Shown here: positions 26,730 to 40,630 of the stretch, piece after piece
How the letters are laid out: every line of letters starts with the position of its first letter
Position numbering within the stretch: position 1 is the first letter of the stretch
NCBI GenBank assembly: GCA_951406725.2
Contig: OX597819.1
Coordinates: forward strand, 74,772,001-74,836,000
Origin: Octopus vulgaris
Taxonomy: Eukaryota
Reading direction: 5' to 3'
DNA: 64,000 nucleotides
The notes under the pieces: generated by a model
What the model was told of the DNA's origin: nothing
The model's database searches: none
The model's input: only the letters and a program-made list of their open reading frames with translations
Position numbers and translations under genes: made by a program

Positions 26730-26895
26730 ATCTGTGAGGTACCCTAGTCATACACCTGTAACATAACCTAGACACATACCTGTGATATACCCAAGATGTA
26801 CACCTTGAGGTACCCTAGATACACTTTTGTAAGGTACCCTAGGTATATATCTGTGATGTATCCTAGAGAGACATCTTGAGTACCCTAGACACACA
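26730..26895. repeat. Degenerate ~22-bp minisatellite (tgaggtaccctagacacacc-like, ~7 units)
   Basis: Recurring gtaccctag/cctag cores at ~22-bp spacing. Confidence 0.7.
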
Positions 26896-29815
26896 AGGTG
26901 AAAGCGAAGTATTCACTGCAGATCCAACGACCTAGTTGGGTGGTGCGTTTATCACTGCAATGGGTAACGTTGCACAATCATGTGTAAGACAAGTGACGGC
27001 ATAGAATCAGTCACACAATATGTGAAAAGACTACTTCACATCTTTCAAAAGTGTTTCATTCAAGATTCATATTGTAATATACAATTAAGTCATTATTCGC
27101 CCTAATTAACAACAGTCAGTATTAACAAATTGGACCCAATTATCAAAAAGGTATTAATTATTTAAACAAGTCAAGATGGTGGTCTGATAGAATCATTAGC
27201 ACGCTGGGCAGAATGCTTAGCAGCACTTTGTCAGTCTTTCTGTTCTGAGTTCTAATTCTGCCGAGGTCAATTTTGCGTTTCATCCTTCCAAGGTTGATAA
27301 AGTAAGTAATAGTTGAGTACTGGGATCTATGTAATTGATAACCCTTTTTCCACAAAATTGCTGGCCTTGCACCTTTATTAGAAAGGATTATTTAAACAAG
27401 TTTGAAGGCTACAGGCTGGTAGAATGGTTAGCATGCCAGACAAAATGCTTAGCAGCATTTTTTTTTTGTTCTTCACATTGTGTGTTTGAATTCTGCTGAG
27501 ATCAACTTTGCCTTTCATCCTTGTGGGGTCCATAATATAAGTACCAGTCACATTCTGGGATCGATGTAATTGTGGTGTGGTTGCCAAGCAAGCAATTTCA
27601 CCAGAAGATGTGTGTTAAAACTAAAACGATTGTGACCAGGTCGCATTTGAGGCGACAAAAATTTTCACATTAAATAATAAATGTTTCAACGAAGCCAACA
27701 ATTTTTATGTATTTTTTAAATGACAGATGCTTGTCTCCCATGCTGCCATCATTTATAAATTCCTAGATTTTTCTCTTATTTTTCTTCTTCTTTGATACCA
27801 ATTGCCATCTCTACAGATCAATTACTCACCACTGTATTCCAATTTTAATTCATTATAATTGATTAAAAGATTGGTTTACGGCTTCTGCAGTTTTTTTAAA
27901 CCAGAATTAGTCATGATGATGATGATGCTGATGATGATGACGATGATGATGATGATGGCAATGATCACACACACACACATACAATGGGTTTCTTTCAGTT
28001 TCCGTCTACCAAATCCACTTACAAGGCTTTGATTGGCCCGAGGCTATAGTAGAAGACACCTGCCCAAGGTTCCATGCAGCAGGCCTGATCCTGGAACCAT
28101 TTGGTTGGGAAGCAAGCTTCTTTATTCATATATTTATTTATATTAGTGGGACCCATGAACATTTCACAGTAAACCTATTGAGTTATTCTGAAAACATTAT
28201 TCAAAAATCCTGAAAGCGTATCCTGTGTTGTGTATCAAAAGAGAGTCACTCATCTGCCACTCATTGAAAATTGAAGGAAATTGGAATACGATGATTACAT
28301 AATGCACTTTATATACACACTTCATATATTTTATGCACAATTTTATTGACTTAATACACAACACTCATAAAATAAATATTTTCTCCATAGATAAAGCAAA
28401 AAAAATCCCATACATATGATACAACCTTTAGTGAAAAGCATGAATATTTCACGCAACTGCACTTATGTACATACACTAAGTGAAAGGTAATATAAAAAAA
28501 CTTGGTTCAATTTTTAAAAAAATACACTTTTCACTATCCAGTCACCACTGCTACCACCTCCATCTCTACCACCACCACCACCACCACCACCACCACCACC
28601 ACTATTGTCATCTCTCTTCCCCTCTCTCTCCCTCCTCTCTCTCTTCCTCCTCTCTCTCTCCTTCCTCTCTCCCTTTCCTGTTTCTCTCTCCCCTCTTTGC
28701 CTTTTTTAATCTCACCATCAGAACATCACCTCTCTGCTAAAATTATTATATTCCCTCTACCTCATGTCATGAACACTTTTCTCTCCCTCTTTTCCTCTCT
28801 CCGTCTTTTTCTCTTTTTCGTTCCCCCTCTTTTCCTCTCTCCGTCTTTTTCTCTTTTTCTTTCTTTTCATCTTATCCTCTTTTTTCTCTCCATTTTCTTT
28901 CTCCTCTCCTTCCCTTCAGCTAATCACATGAAAGCATTACTGAAGGGCTAAGTAACACAATGACAAGCAGAATTAGTATAAGATTTTTCATTATTTCCAA
29001 ACCTTTAGTATAATTTATTCTATTTTATTGTAGAAAGGGAGTTGTGCCAAATTAAACCCATTACAGTATTGTAGCAATGGCCACGCCCTTGAAGTTGTCT
29101 CTACGTAGTCACTCGACCTACCAGACATAGGGGATAAATCTCCTCTAGATCACACATTTCCATATTTGAAATAGAAGGGCAAATTGGATGGATGATGTAG
29201 TTCAAGATAAATTAAGATGAGATGGACATGGTTAGAATGTCTTTGAGTTTAGGTTCGATCAAAGTGACAAGAAGAAGAAGAAGAAGCTGGTGGTGGTGAT
29301 GATGATGAGAAGGAGGAGGAGGAAGTGCAGGAGGAAGAACAGGGTGGTGACGGCAACGGTGATGATGATGATGATGATGATGAAAAAGGGGAGAAAAAAA
29401 GAAAGATAAAAAGTAGGAAGAGGGAAAAGGGAAAAGAGGAGGAGAGGAGGCAGGGAGATAAACAACAACAATTCCACCATTCCTCTTCAAATATTGACTT
29501 AGCAGCAATGTGAGAAAACAATGAAGTACTTCTCTCTGATACTGAATCTATTTTGGTTCCTGGTGCATCAAAGATGAATTTGGTATCCTGGTTGATGAGA
29601 CATTACCTCAATATAAATAGAATATCGATTAAAAAAAAAAATCATTATTGATTTCATTATCAGTTGGACATGTGTTCAGTGTCTTGTGCTTGTTTAAGTT
29701 TGGTAACGGGAATTTAAAGACCACCATACTATGATTTGTGATATATGAACACTGCACTATATAAATACTGTGAAATATAAGGACTCCTTAAAGAACTATG
29801 TTGGATACTTATGGC

Positions 29816-30063
29816 AGTTACTTTTAAGTTGTCTCTACAGAGATTCTATAGAATTCAGAGTCAACACTGAAAGTTATGGCATTTGTATATGAATACATCT
29901 ATGTGAATAATGCAATCGGAGATAGAAAAATATTTTGTGCTTATTTTACCTGTTTTTCTATCTTTAATCTCATTGTTTACATAGATGTATTCGTATACGT
30001 CTTAACTTTCAGTGGGGGCTCAAAATTCTGTAGAAAATCTGTAGAGATGACTTGAAAGTAATT
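29816..30063. mobile_element. Old foldback/MITE-like inverted repeat (~115-bp arms)
   Basis: agttacttttaagttgtctctacag...cactgaaagtta...gaatacatctatgt pairs with acatagatgtattc...taactttcagtg...ctgtagagatgacttgaaagtaatt. Confidence 0.7.
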
Positions 30064-30689
30064 CTATCGCACTAGTAACACAAAACGTAGGACACAGGAC
30101 TTGTGAATCTTTATAACACACACGGTAGTATATTATGGTAGATACCCAAAATATGGTATCGCTACAAGCAATTTTATTAAGGCATTTAACACCGCTCATT
30201 CATAAATTCTTTGTGTTACAACATCAAATAATTATATTTAAATATTTTTCCATGAAAAAGTTTATTCAAATTGATATGGTTTCACTTGATGAGAATAAAA
30301 ACCAACATCTGTTTTGCAATAGAGTTATTCTACCACTTAGCCAGGTTCAATCTTTGACCAACAATCAAAGGCTGTTTAGCCAGAAATCTTAATAAACGGC
30401 TTCATATTTTGAATTCCTGATTCAAAATGAAGTCTTTTTTCCTATCATACAAGATGCAACAAAAGAAAAAATCTCCTGGGTTCACCATTTTTGACAAACA
30501 TTTCCATAGCAAACGCATGGTATGCAATGGTTTAAGCTACAATGGTGACTGAACGAAAACAGGTAAAACATTAGCTTCATGAGGACACCATCACCATCAA
30601 TTTAGTTTCACTAGCACCACACCAAGGGCTGCGTAAAATGTATGAGAAGGTTCTTTCTTTTTTTCTTGCACACTGTGTATATTACCCTT

Positions 30690-30772
30690 TGGTTTACATG
30701 GTACATGGTTTGCATGGTTTATATGGTTTAAACCATATATGGTTTGTATGGTTTATGTGGTTTGCATGGTTT
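30690..30772. repeat. 9-bp tandem repeat (ggtttRYat)n
   Basis: Direct reading. Confidence 0.8.
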
Positions 30773-31136
30773 CACTTAGGGACGTTTTTCATTTACTTTG
30801 AATTTTTTTCCATTGTTTGTTTGTTTTTTCTTCATCATTTTACTTTCATCTCAATTCTCCCTCTGTGTCCCTGTGTGTGTGTGTGTGTGTGTGCACGTGT
30901 GTGTGTGCACGTGTGTGTGTGTGTGTGCATGCACGTGTGTGTGTGCATGTGTGTGAGTATGTTTGTGTGTGAGTGCATGTGTGTGTGTGCATGTGTCTAA
31001 ACATATATAGAGTTCACTGATGATTTAAACCAATTATAGTACATACATACATACATAAAAACATACATGCATTCATACATACATCCATACATACATACAT
31101 ACATACATACATACATACATACATACATACATACAT

Positions 31137-31487
31137 GATGGTTGTCCACTCTTTATGCTGAATCTGACCACCTCCTGTATCCACACCTTAGCACCATCAT
31201 GGCATCTGATGGAGCTTTTTAAGCCAGATAATGTTCTGAAAAGACACCCACTTAGATTGCACCTCCAATTTGGACCACCAAGAGCTGCAGATAGTTTCTC
31301 CTCTTTGTGAATCTTAAAATGTCTTTTGAGGCCTCCATTGGATCTGCAAACCTTCTGGCATTCACTGCATTCAAAGGTATGCACAGATATATAGGCAGAA
31401 TAGTTGGTGGCAGCTCGTTTTCTATGTGTTTGCGGATGAGATTTGTGGCCAGCAAAAGACAGGCATGGTCTGTCACAGACTGTGCAT
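31137..31487 (-). mobile_element. 3' end of an RTE LINE with three C2H2 zinc fingers
   Basis: CTVCDRPCLSFAGHKSHPQTH, CSECQKVCRSNGGLKRHFKIH, CNLSGCLFRTLSGLKSSIRCH, followed directly by a (TATG)n tail; no splice context. Confidence 0.65.
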
Positions 31488-31646
31488 ATATACATACATA
31501 CATACATACATACATACCTACATACATTAATACATATGTATGTATATGTGCGTGTGCACATGTATTCATATATATATATATATATATGCATATGAGCATA
31601 CATACATAAATGCATTGTAATGATAATATCATTTTGTTAGTATATA

Positions 31647-31878
31647 AGGCGGCGAGCTGGCAGAAACGTTAGCACACGAGGCAAAATGCTTAGTGGTATT
31701 TCATCTGCTGCTACATTCTGAGTTCAAATTCCGCTGAGGTCAACTTTGCCTTTCATCCTTTCGGGGTCGATTAAATAAGTACCAGTTATGCACTGAGGTT
31801 ATTGTAATCAACTTAATCCCTTTGTCTGTCCTTGTTTGTCCTCTCTATGTTTAGCTCCCTGTAGGCAATAAAGACATA
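31647..31878 (+). mobile_element. SINE family B with 18-bp TSD
   Basis: aatatcattttgttagta at 31625-31642 and 31879-31896. Confidence 0.9.
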
Positions 31879-31931
31879 AATATCATTTTGTTAGTAATAT
31901 CTTTACAAACAAATTTTTCTCATTTGTTACA

Positions 31932-32010
31932 AGTTTTTATTTACACAGTGACTCGAGGGACCAATCAGGGGCCAGTTTTTATTTACACAGTGACTCGAGG
32001 GACCAATCAG
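31932..32010. repeat. Exact 37-bp direct duplication
   Basis: agtttttatttacacagtgactcgagggaccaatcag at 31932-31968 and 31974-32010. Confidence 0.95.
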
Positions 32011-33771
32011 TCTGTGTAAATCGAGAGAGAACTCAATAATAATACATTGATAATCAATCTTAATCAATTTAAATTCCAAGTGCTATTTCCCTTGTTTTTC
32101 TTAATCAGAGTTAGTCATTAAGATAATAATTTCTTCTTCTCCCTGTTGGTGTAAATGGATTGAACTAAACATTTTCAGACTCACAATATTAAGTATATTA
32201 ACTTCCACTTAACTGCTTGCATTTCATGCAGCAGGCGTGACTCTGTGTGTGTGTTCTCAAGTGTTTTCCAGTTATTTGCTTTGGAACAAATCAATCTTAC
32301 TCAAACCAATGAAAGGATCGTTACATAGACTTTGTTTCTTGGCTTCTTAGATATAACCACCAAGTCTCCTTTAAATCACATCCTATTATCTCGAAAAAGA
32401 CTACTTTGGATAATGTGACCCTCACAAAGGAAAGAGATGGTATAGTCACAGGTGAACAGCTTTTAATCATAGGTTTCTGCTCGATCACTGTTCACCTGAA
32501 GCTAAAGAAAACTAACATCAACAACCATGTTATTTATATCATATCTTTCTAATTTTTACCAGATAATAACAGAGTTACTGATATTTCTAACTCCGGTCAA
32601 TGATTCCAAATACACTGTTTGTCTCTTCTCCTCCGATGGAATTTTGATAACTACTGAAGTTAAAGAATTTCTTTTCCGTTCATTTTTTTTTCTTTCTTTA
32701 ACTCTTTCTTCTTGACCCTTTGCCTGTCCAAAGCATTTTCACAAGTTTGTCCTAAACATCCATGCTTGCTTTCAGACTTTTAATTAGTCCTTGCTTCATA
32801 TGTTCTGAGTGAATATCATATAAAGATTCCCTTTCACAAGTTCCAAGTCATTCTTGTGGTTGACAAACATTTGCGAATGTATATCATACATGATGCATGA
32901 ATGCCAAAAAGATATGTCCAGTGTATCTCGTGTGGTACATAGGACAGGCAAAAGGTTTAACATTGCTTGTTTGTTCGTCATGATGTAGAATAAAACAAAA
33001 GTTGTCCACAACTGATGTTCTGGTGGAAGGTTATCCAAAGTAAAGAAGTATTGTCTGCAACATATTTGATTGGAAAAAAAATGTAAGAGACAAGTTCACA
33101 AACAGGCACACAGACTGGCACTGAGGCAAAAGACGGCAAGAACAATAGGAAAATAAATTCAAAAACACAAAAGGCAAATAGTCACATACATTCAAGCATA
33201 TACACACAGCTGCCCGTTAGTAGCTTCCCAGAAAATGATGGCGGATCCAGTAGAGGAAAGAAGAAACAACAGACAAGCAGGAAAGAAGAAAGAAAAAGTA
33301 AGAAGGAGGAGGAAAGCACGTCGGTTTGGCCAAGACAGGTAATCTGGCAGCAGTTAATGATACAGTCAGCTTGTAATAAAGTTAGGATGGAAGCCAAAAA
33401 TACAATGACCGCTAATTAAAGATGATGACCGCTGAAAGCTACACGGACTGCCAACAACTTGGCTGAATGTAATAGAGTGAAGTGTAGAAAGAAAGAATTG
33501 CCAAGAGAGGACAATGGAGTGTGTTAAAGGTAAAGTCGGAAATAAAATGATGTGTTTGTCGTTAAAGAAGATAAAGGAAGGAGTCGGGAAGGGAAACGGG
33601 ACATCATGTATATAAACACACACACACACACACACATGCACATGTATATATGTGTGTATACACATCTGTATATGTATATATTATGTATGTATGTATCTAT
33701 GTACATATATATATATATATATATACTGTATACATATATATGTATAAATATATATGTGTATATATATATAA

Positions 33772-33821
<50 letters not shown>

Positions 33822-33859
33822 AAATACATATATATAAACATAAACATATACATACACAC

Positions 33860-33910
<51 letters not shown>

Positions 33911-34712
33911 AATATTTGTATATATACATACATACTCAGACATATGCATGCATATTTATAAATCCATGTTTGTGCCTATGTATAAATACCTATGCATGTA
34001 TAAATACCTATGCATGTATAAATGCATGTATATATACCTATGTATATCTATTTATAGTTATTAATGTACATGTGTGTGTGTGTGTATTTACGTATGTGTG
34101 TGTGTGTGTGTGTGCATATGTGTATATTTATAGCTACAGACATATACATATACATATATATGCTCACACACATACAAACTGGACTGTATCCAGTATGTGT
34201 GTGTGTGTGTGTGTGTATGTGTGTGTATGGAGAGAGAGAGAGCACATTTTGGTTTATTCGTTGTCTTTTCTGTTCATTGTTTGCCATCCTCACAAATTCT
34301 TTCCTACTTCTACTGATTCATGTTATTCTAGCGTTTTTCTTTTTCTTTTTTTTTTTATTATTATTCTGTTCATGCTGGAAGTTTCTTAAACTTCTGTGGA
34401 AGCTCAATGGAGATTTATCCACGAAGGTAGTTTGGCTTGGGACTTTCTGAGATTTATTTGTTGATGTGATATATATATATATACAAGATAAGAAAATGGA
34501 GAAATACATCTAAATCAAATATCAATTACCAGATAATACTCAATCACATACTTTATTAAACCACCACATAAGAGACTGTCGGGTTAAACATAAAAAAGCA
34601 GAACAAATCAGTGTACATAAAGGAATGTACATAAAAGAGTAATGTTGTATAATAAGTAGAATATATATAAAAGAGAATATACATATAAGTAAATATAAAT
34701 ATAAGTATAGAT

Positions 34713-34845
34713 TACATCTTACAGCTGTTTCGGCCATGTAGATAAGTATGTCTCATTTTACCAATATTAGCTTTTTATGGTAGGTCAATATATAGATATA
34801 AATGAGACATTTACAAAAATATCATAAGGCCTCCTCGGAGATATA
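34713..34845 (-). ncRNA. Second copy of the same hammerhead-like fold
   Basis: Reverse complement of 36455-36587. Confidence 0.6.
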
Positions 34846-35992
34846 CATATACATATGAGTGCATATACTCACACTCCTATACATATAAAAATATACATAT
34901 ACATAATAATGTAAATAAATAATATAAATTAGTAAACATATATATGTTCCACATTCAATGTTTCAGTTCTTCAGCTTAATATTGTGATAATATACATACA
35001 CATATTAGTACCTAGATGCAAATATACATAGTCAATAGTACATTATATTACTTCCTACTAATTTCCAAAGAGTCATTAAAGTTAGCATCATTATCGTTGT
35101 CAATACCATTAATGCTACCATTATTATCATTCATAATATTATTAATAACGCTTACATTAGGATCTGAAGTGGCACATATGTATGTCCAGGTTCCAGTTAG
35201 TAATTTTCCTTATGACATAAATACACTATTGGATTTGAATTTAAATTATCATTGTCTTCTTCATGGTTGGTCCGTTGAGAGCCGCCTGACCTCCACCACA
35301 CTGCACAAGAAAAACATACACATCCACATCCAACCCTAAACCCACACGTCCACATAAAAACCCACACACACATGCACACACACATGAATACACCCCGACA
35401 CATCCCTACACATTCACTAGATTGCAGAGTGCATGTCTGTCATCGCATGGCTTATAGACAAATCAGTACAGGCAGCAGTGTCTATACACTAACACACACA
35501 CTCACACGCACATCCGCATATACTCATAAATATTAATACACTCTCATATACTGTATCAGGGAACATTCGCACACACATATATACATATTTAAATATATGT
35601 CTGCGCACTCATACGTATAAATAAAACCTATACTTATATTCACCCATGAATAAATATTTGCATATACATATATACCTATCCAAATACGCACCTGCGTACT
35701 CATATGTATATGAAAAACATACATCCGTACATCCACCCACGAACATACCAATACATACAAAAACATACATACGTACACATAGACATTTTCACACACCTCG
35801 ACACCTCAACCCACATCCACTAAATCATAAATTAAAATATGTCTGCCCAGCCAAAGACGTATATATACAGACACAAAAAGTAAACAGAAGTTACTATTTA
35901 CTTAGATATAAGTTCATTAATTATAAATTAAATTAAATTGATTATAAGTTAGTAAGTGCCAAATAAACAAAAATAAATAATTAAATAAATAA

Positions 35993-36027
<35 letters not shown>

Positions 36028-36101
36028 CTTTATAAGCAGCAGAAAAATCAACAAAATCTGTTACTCTGAGTTTCTCGTTGCCGTTCATCAGACAGTTTTT
36101 G

Positions 36102-36146
<45 letters not shown>

Positions 36147-36454
36147 TATCCATGTATAGATAAATAGATAAATAAAATGGAATACAAATTAAGAAGAGCA
36201 CAAAGATAAACCTAATATAGTAAATATAAGTGGATACGCTGAAATGCACCCACATGCACATACATGTGCATGCACGCCCCTGCACGGACACGTGAATTCA
36301 TGGCTGGGCCCACACGCACACACGATCACCGAGATGTATACAAGAACACGTGTACAAGTACACGCGAATGTCTGCAAGCGCAGCGCGCGAGAGTTATGTA
36401 TATGTATATTTTTATATGTATAGGAGTGTGAGTATATGCACTCATATGTATATG

Positions 36455-36587
36455 TATATCTCCGAGGAGGCCTTATGATATTTTTGTAAATGTCTCATTT
36501 ATATCTATATATTGACCTACTATAAAAGGCTAATATTGGTAAAATGAGACATACTTATCTACATGGCCGAAACAGCTGTAAGATGTA
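36455..36587 (+). ncRNA. Type I hammerhead-like ribozyme with extended stem II
   Basis: tatatct-CCGAGGA-ggcc...ggcc-GAAA-cagctg-TA-agatgta: 7-bp stem I, palindromic stem III, GUA triplet, U4C core variant. Confidence 0.6.
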
Positions 36588-37075
36588 ATCTATACTTATA
36601 TTTATATTTACTTATATGTATATTCTCTTTTATATATATTCTACTTATTATACAACATTACTCTTTTATGTACACTTTTTTATGTACATTCCTTTATGTA
36701 CACTGATTTGTTCTGCTTTTTTATGTTTAACCCGACAGTCTCTTATGTGGTGGTTTAATAAAGTATGTGATTGAGTATTATCTGGTAATTGATATTTGAT
36801 TTAGATGTATTTCTCCATTTTCTTATCTTGTATTAGTAATTTGTGGTAAATCATTTTACCTTTGCCCATATAATACAGTAAATGAATTGATTGCATCACA
36901 ATCCTTAACATTTATGTATTAACTTTGTTGGGTACTTCACTAGCAGTATATTGGATATATGTTATCCCATGGAGGGTTGCATTTACAACCCCCATCTCAA
37001 TCTGTATATATATATATATGTAAGTATGTATGTATGTATGTATGTATGTATGTATGTATGTATGTATGTATGTAC

Positions 37076-37109
<34 letters not shown>

Positions 37110-37312
37110 GTATGTATGTATATATTTATATATAAGCACAGGAGTGGCTGTGTGGTAAATAGCTTGCTTACTAACCACATGGTTCCGGGTTCAGTCCTAC
37201 TGTAAGGCACCTTGGGCAAGTGTCTTCTACTATAGTCTTGGGCTGATGAAAGCCTTGTGAGTGGAACTGGTAGACGGAAACTGAAAGAAGACCATCATGT
37301 ATATATATACAC

Positions 37313-37396
<84 letters not shown>

Positions 37397-37575
37397 TTGG
37401 AATTTACAAAAAACAAAAGATGAAGACAGGTGTGTAAACAAGAAACAGGTGTATTAGTTTAATGCACAGGAAGGTGAGAAAGACTTTTATGTTTCGATCC
37501 TACTTTTTTCAACAGAAAGGAACACAAGAAAATAAACAGAGAATAAAAGAAGCTTTAGTGGCTAGTGGTCAATGT

Positions 37576-37620
<45 letters not shown>

Positions 37621-37869
37621 CCTCATGTGTATGCAGTTTCATTCTTACATAATTGAAATAACTTCAAGATATATTAATTTTATAAATTACAATATTACTC
37701 TTCTTTTAACTTACTCATGCCTCTGTTTATATTTTATCTAATATGAATAATATAATGCATCAAATAATAATAATAATTGATTATTGTATATGCTTTTAAA
37801 TGTAAATATGTATGTACATTTAAGTGTAGGTATATGTATTTATGTATATTTATATATGTATGCATATGT

Positions 37870-40172
37870 ATCATCATCATCATCATCATTAATGTCCGCT
37901 TTCCATGCTAGCTTGGGTTGGATGATTTGACTGAAGTCAAGCGAACCAGACTGCAATCTGATGTGGCAGAGTTTCTACAGCTGGATGCCCTTCCTAACGC
38001 CAACCACTCCGAGAGTGTAGTGGGTGCTTTTATGTGCCACTGGCACGAGGGCCAGTTTGGTGGTACTGGCGACGGCCACGTCCAAATGGTGCTTTTTACG
38101 TGCCACCTGCACAGGAGCCAGTCCAGCGGCACTGGCGACGTCCTCGCTCGAATGTTTCACATGCCACCAGCATAAGCACTAGTAAGGCGACGCGGTAACG
38201 ATCACGCTCGAATTTTAGGCTTAACGTGCCACCGGCACGAAGGCCAGTTTGTTGCTCAGGCAACGATCTCACTCGTATGGTACTCTTAGCACTCCACTAG
38301 CAACAGATGCCGGTGACCGAGTTTGATTTCGACTTCTATTTCACTTGCCTCAACTGGTCTTCACAAGCAGAGTTTAGTGTCCAATGAAGAAAATACATGC
38401 ATAAGTGGACTGGTTACATCCCTAACATAGGCCACAAGGTTATGGTCACACTTGCGCTTGCCGAGTCTTCTGGAGCACAGCATATTTCCAGAGGTTCTGG
38501 TCACTAGTCATTGCCTTGGTGAGGCCCAATGTTTGAAGGTCATACTTCACCACCTTATCCCAGGTCTTCCTGGGTCTACCTCTTCCACAGGTTCCCTCAA
38601 CTGCTAGGGTGTGGCACTTTTTCACACAGCTATCCACATCCATTCTCGCCACATGACCATAGCAGCACAGTCGTCTCTCTTGCACACCACATCTGATGCT
38701 TCTTAGGTCCAACCTTTCTCTCAAAGTACTAACACTCAGTCGAGTATGCACACTGGCATTACACATCTATCGGAGTATGCTGGCTTCATTCCTTGCGAGC
38801 TTATGCATATCCTCAGCAGTCACAGCCCATGTTTCACTGCCATGTAGCATGGCTGTTCATACACATGCATCGTGCAGTCTACCTTTTACTCTGAGCGAGA
38901 AGCCCTTTGTCACCAGCAGAGGTAAGAGCTCTCTGAATGTAGCCCAGGCTATTCTTATTCTAGCAGCTACACTTTCAGTGCACCCTCCTCCGCTACTGAT
39001 TTGGTCACCTAGGTAACGGAAGCTATCAACTACTTCTAGTTTTTCTCCCTGGAATGTGGCGGAAGTTGTTCTCTGCACATTTTCAGTGTTATATACAGCT
39101 CCCGAGCATCGGCCACATACGAAAACTATCCTCCCAGTTAGCCTTCCTTTGATATTGCTGCACCTCTTATGTGTCCATAGCTTACACTGGGTACATCTTA
39201 TAGAGTTTCTACCTACACCTTTTCTACAGATCAAGCAGGGCCATCTACCTGAAGGGATTTGTGGTTTGCCTGCCTTCCTACATATTGGGACTTTGGTTTT
39301 AGCTAGGTTGACTCTAAGTCCCTTCGATTCTAATCCTTCTTTTCCCACTTGAAACATCTCCTCTGGTTCTGTTAGTGACTCAGCAATTAGAGCAAGATCA
39401 TCAGCATAGAGGAGCTCCCAGGGGCATCCTGTCTTGAATTCCTCTGTTATTGCCTGGAGGACTATGATAAATAGGAGGGGGCTGAGGACTGAAACTTGGT
39501 GGACCCCTACCTCTACCAGGAATTCTTCACTGTACTCGTTGCCAACCTTCACCTTACTGACAATGTCCCTGTACATGGCTTGCACAGCTCTCACTAACCA
39601 TTCATCTATCCCTAGTTTCTTCATTGACTGCCAGATAAGGGATCGGGGGACCCTGTCAAAGGCTTTCTCCATGTCAACAAAAGCCAGGTACAGAGGTTAA
39701 TCTTAGGCTAGGTATTTCTCCTGCGGTTGTCTTACCAGAAATATAGCATCAGTGGTGCTTTTCCCTGGCACGAACCCAAACTGCATCTCATCAAAACTGA
39801 CTCTCTCCCTAATTATTTGGGCTATGACCCTTTCTGTGACCTTCATTACCTGATCCAACAACTTGATACCTCTGTAGTTATTTGTATCTCAAGCGTCACC
39901 TTTACCTTTGTAGCAGTTCACTATAGTGCTGCTACACTAGTCATTGGGTATGACTCCTTCATGTATCACCTAGTTATCTATACAGGTGACTAGGCTATAG
40001 CCAACACTACCAGATATTTTGAGCATCTCTGTAGTGATTCCTGATAGGCCAGGGGCTCTCTCTGTCTCCATACTCTTAATTGCTTTATCTACCAAAGTAC
40101 TGTCAACTCAGATAGCTGGTCCCTCTGTTGGGTTGACATTCGGCAGATTCTCTTTCTCCCATTTATTTTCTT
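37870..40172 (-). mobile_element. 5'-truncated RTE-clade LINE
   Basis: RT motifs (DMEKAFDRV, VGVHQ.SVLSPLLF, ELLYADDL, FRYLG), C-terminal GRGRPRKTW, 3' UTR with cgtgccaccggcacg repeats and a (GAT)n tail. Confidence 0.92.
38446..40170 (-). pseudogene. Frameshifted RTE reverse transcriptase with an internal PHD-like finger
   Basis: ORFs 38857-39672 and 38446-38766 plus upstream fragments ([14 protein letters not shown]); stops and frameshifts; no endonuclease domain. Confidence 0.9.
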
Positions 40173-40369
40173 TATATATATATGTATATATGTATATATC
40201 TGCACAAATGTATATATATACATGTATATATATAGATGTATATATATACATGTATATGTATACATGTATATATGTAGATGTATATATATAGAGAGAGAGA
40301 GAGATGCATATTCGTTTTTCTTGTTTCAGCTCAGAGCTGCGGCCATATATATAGATGTATATGTATACA

Positions 40370-40432
<63 letters not shown>

Positions 40433-40436
40433 CACC

Positions 40437-40474
<38 letters not shown>

Positions 40475-40583
40475 ACACACATACACACGCTATCTTTATC
40501 AGCATAATAGAAAGAAGTGACTAGCGTATTTTGCCAGCAAATGAATATGAATAATGGACACCAAAATCATCATTATCATTATC

Positions 40584-40630
<47 letters not shown>

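Larger units (their letters stand above)
34481..36833. mobile_element. Element bounded by ~430-bp near-identical inverted repeats, each carrying a hammerhead fold (probable non-autonomous Penelope-like element)
   Basis: 34481-34906 is the reverse complement of 36394-36833, with about 2 substitutions and one ~14-bp indel; 1.5-kb non-coding spacer. Confidence 0.7.

Noticed and set aside
26730-26895. CRISPR-like regularly spaced repeat
   Set aside because: Degenerate tandem units without unique spacers, no cas genes, eukaryotic context.
31073-31615. Host C2H2 zinc-finger gene or exon of the FOG-like gene
   Set aside because: Lies upstream of the ATG exon, fingers are degenerate, flanks are microsatellite, and it has an RTE-like tail.
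35016-35936. Penelope RT or GIY-YIG ORF inside the inverted-repeat element
   Set aside because: No recognisable RT or GIY-YIG motifs in any listed frame.
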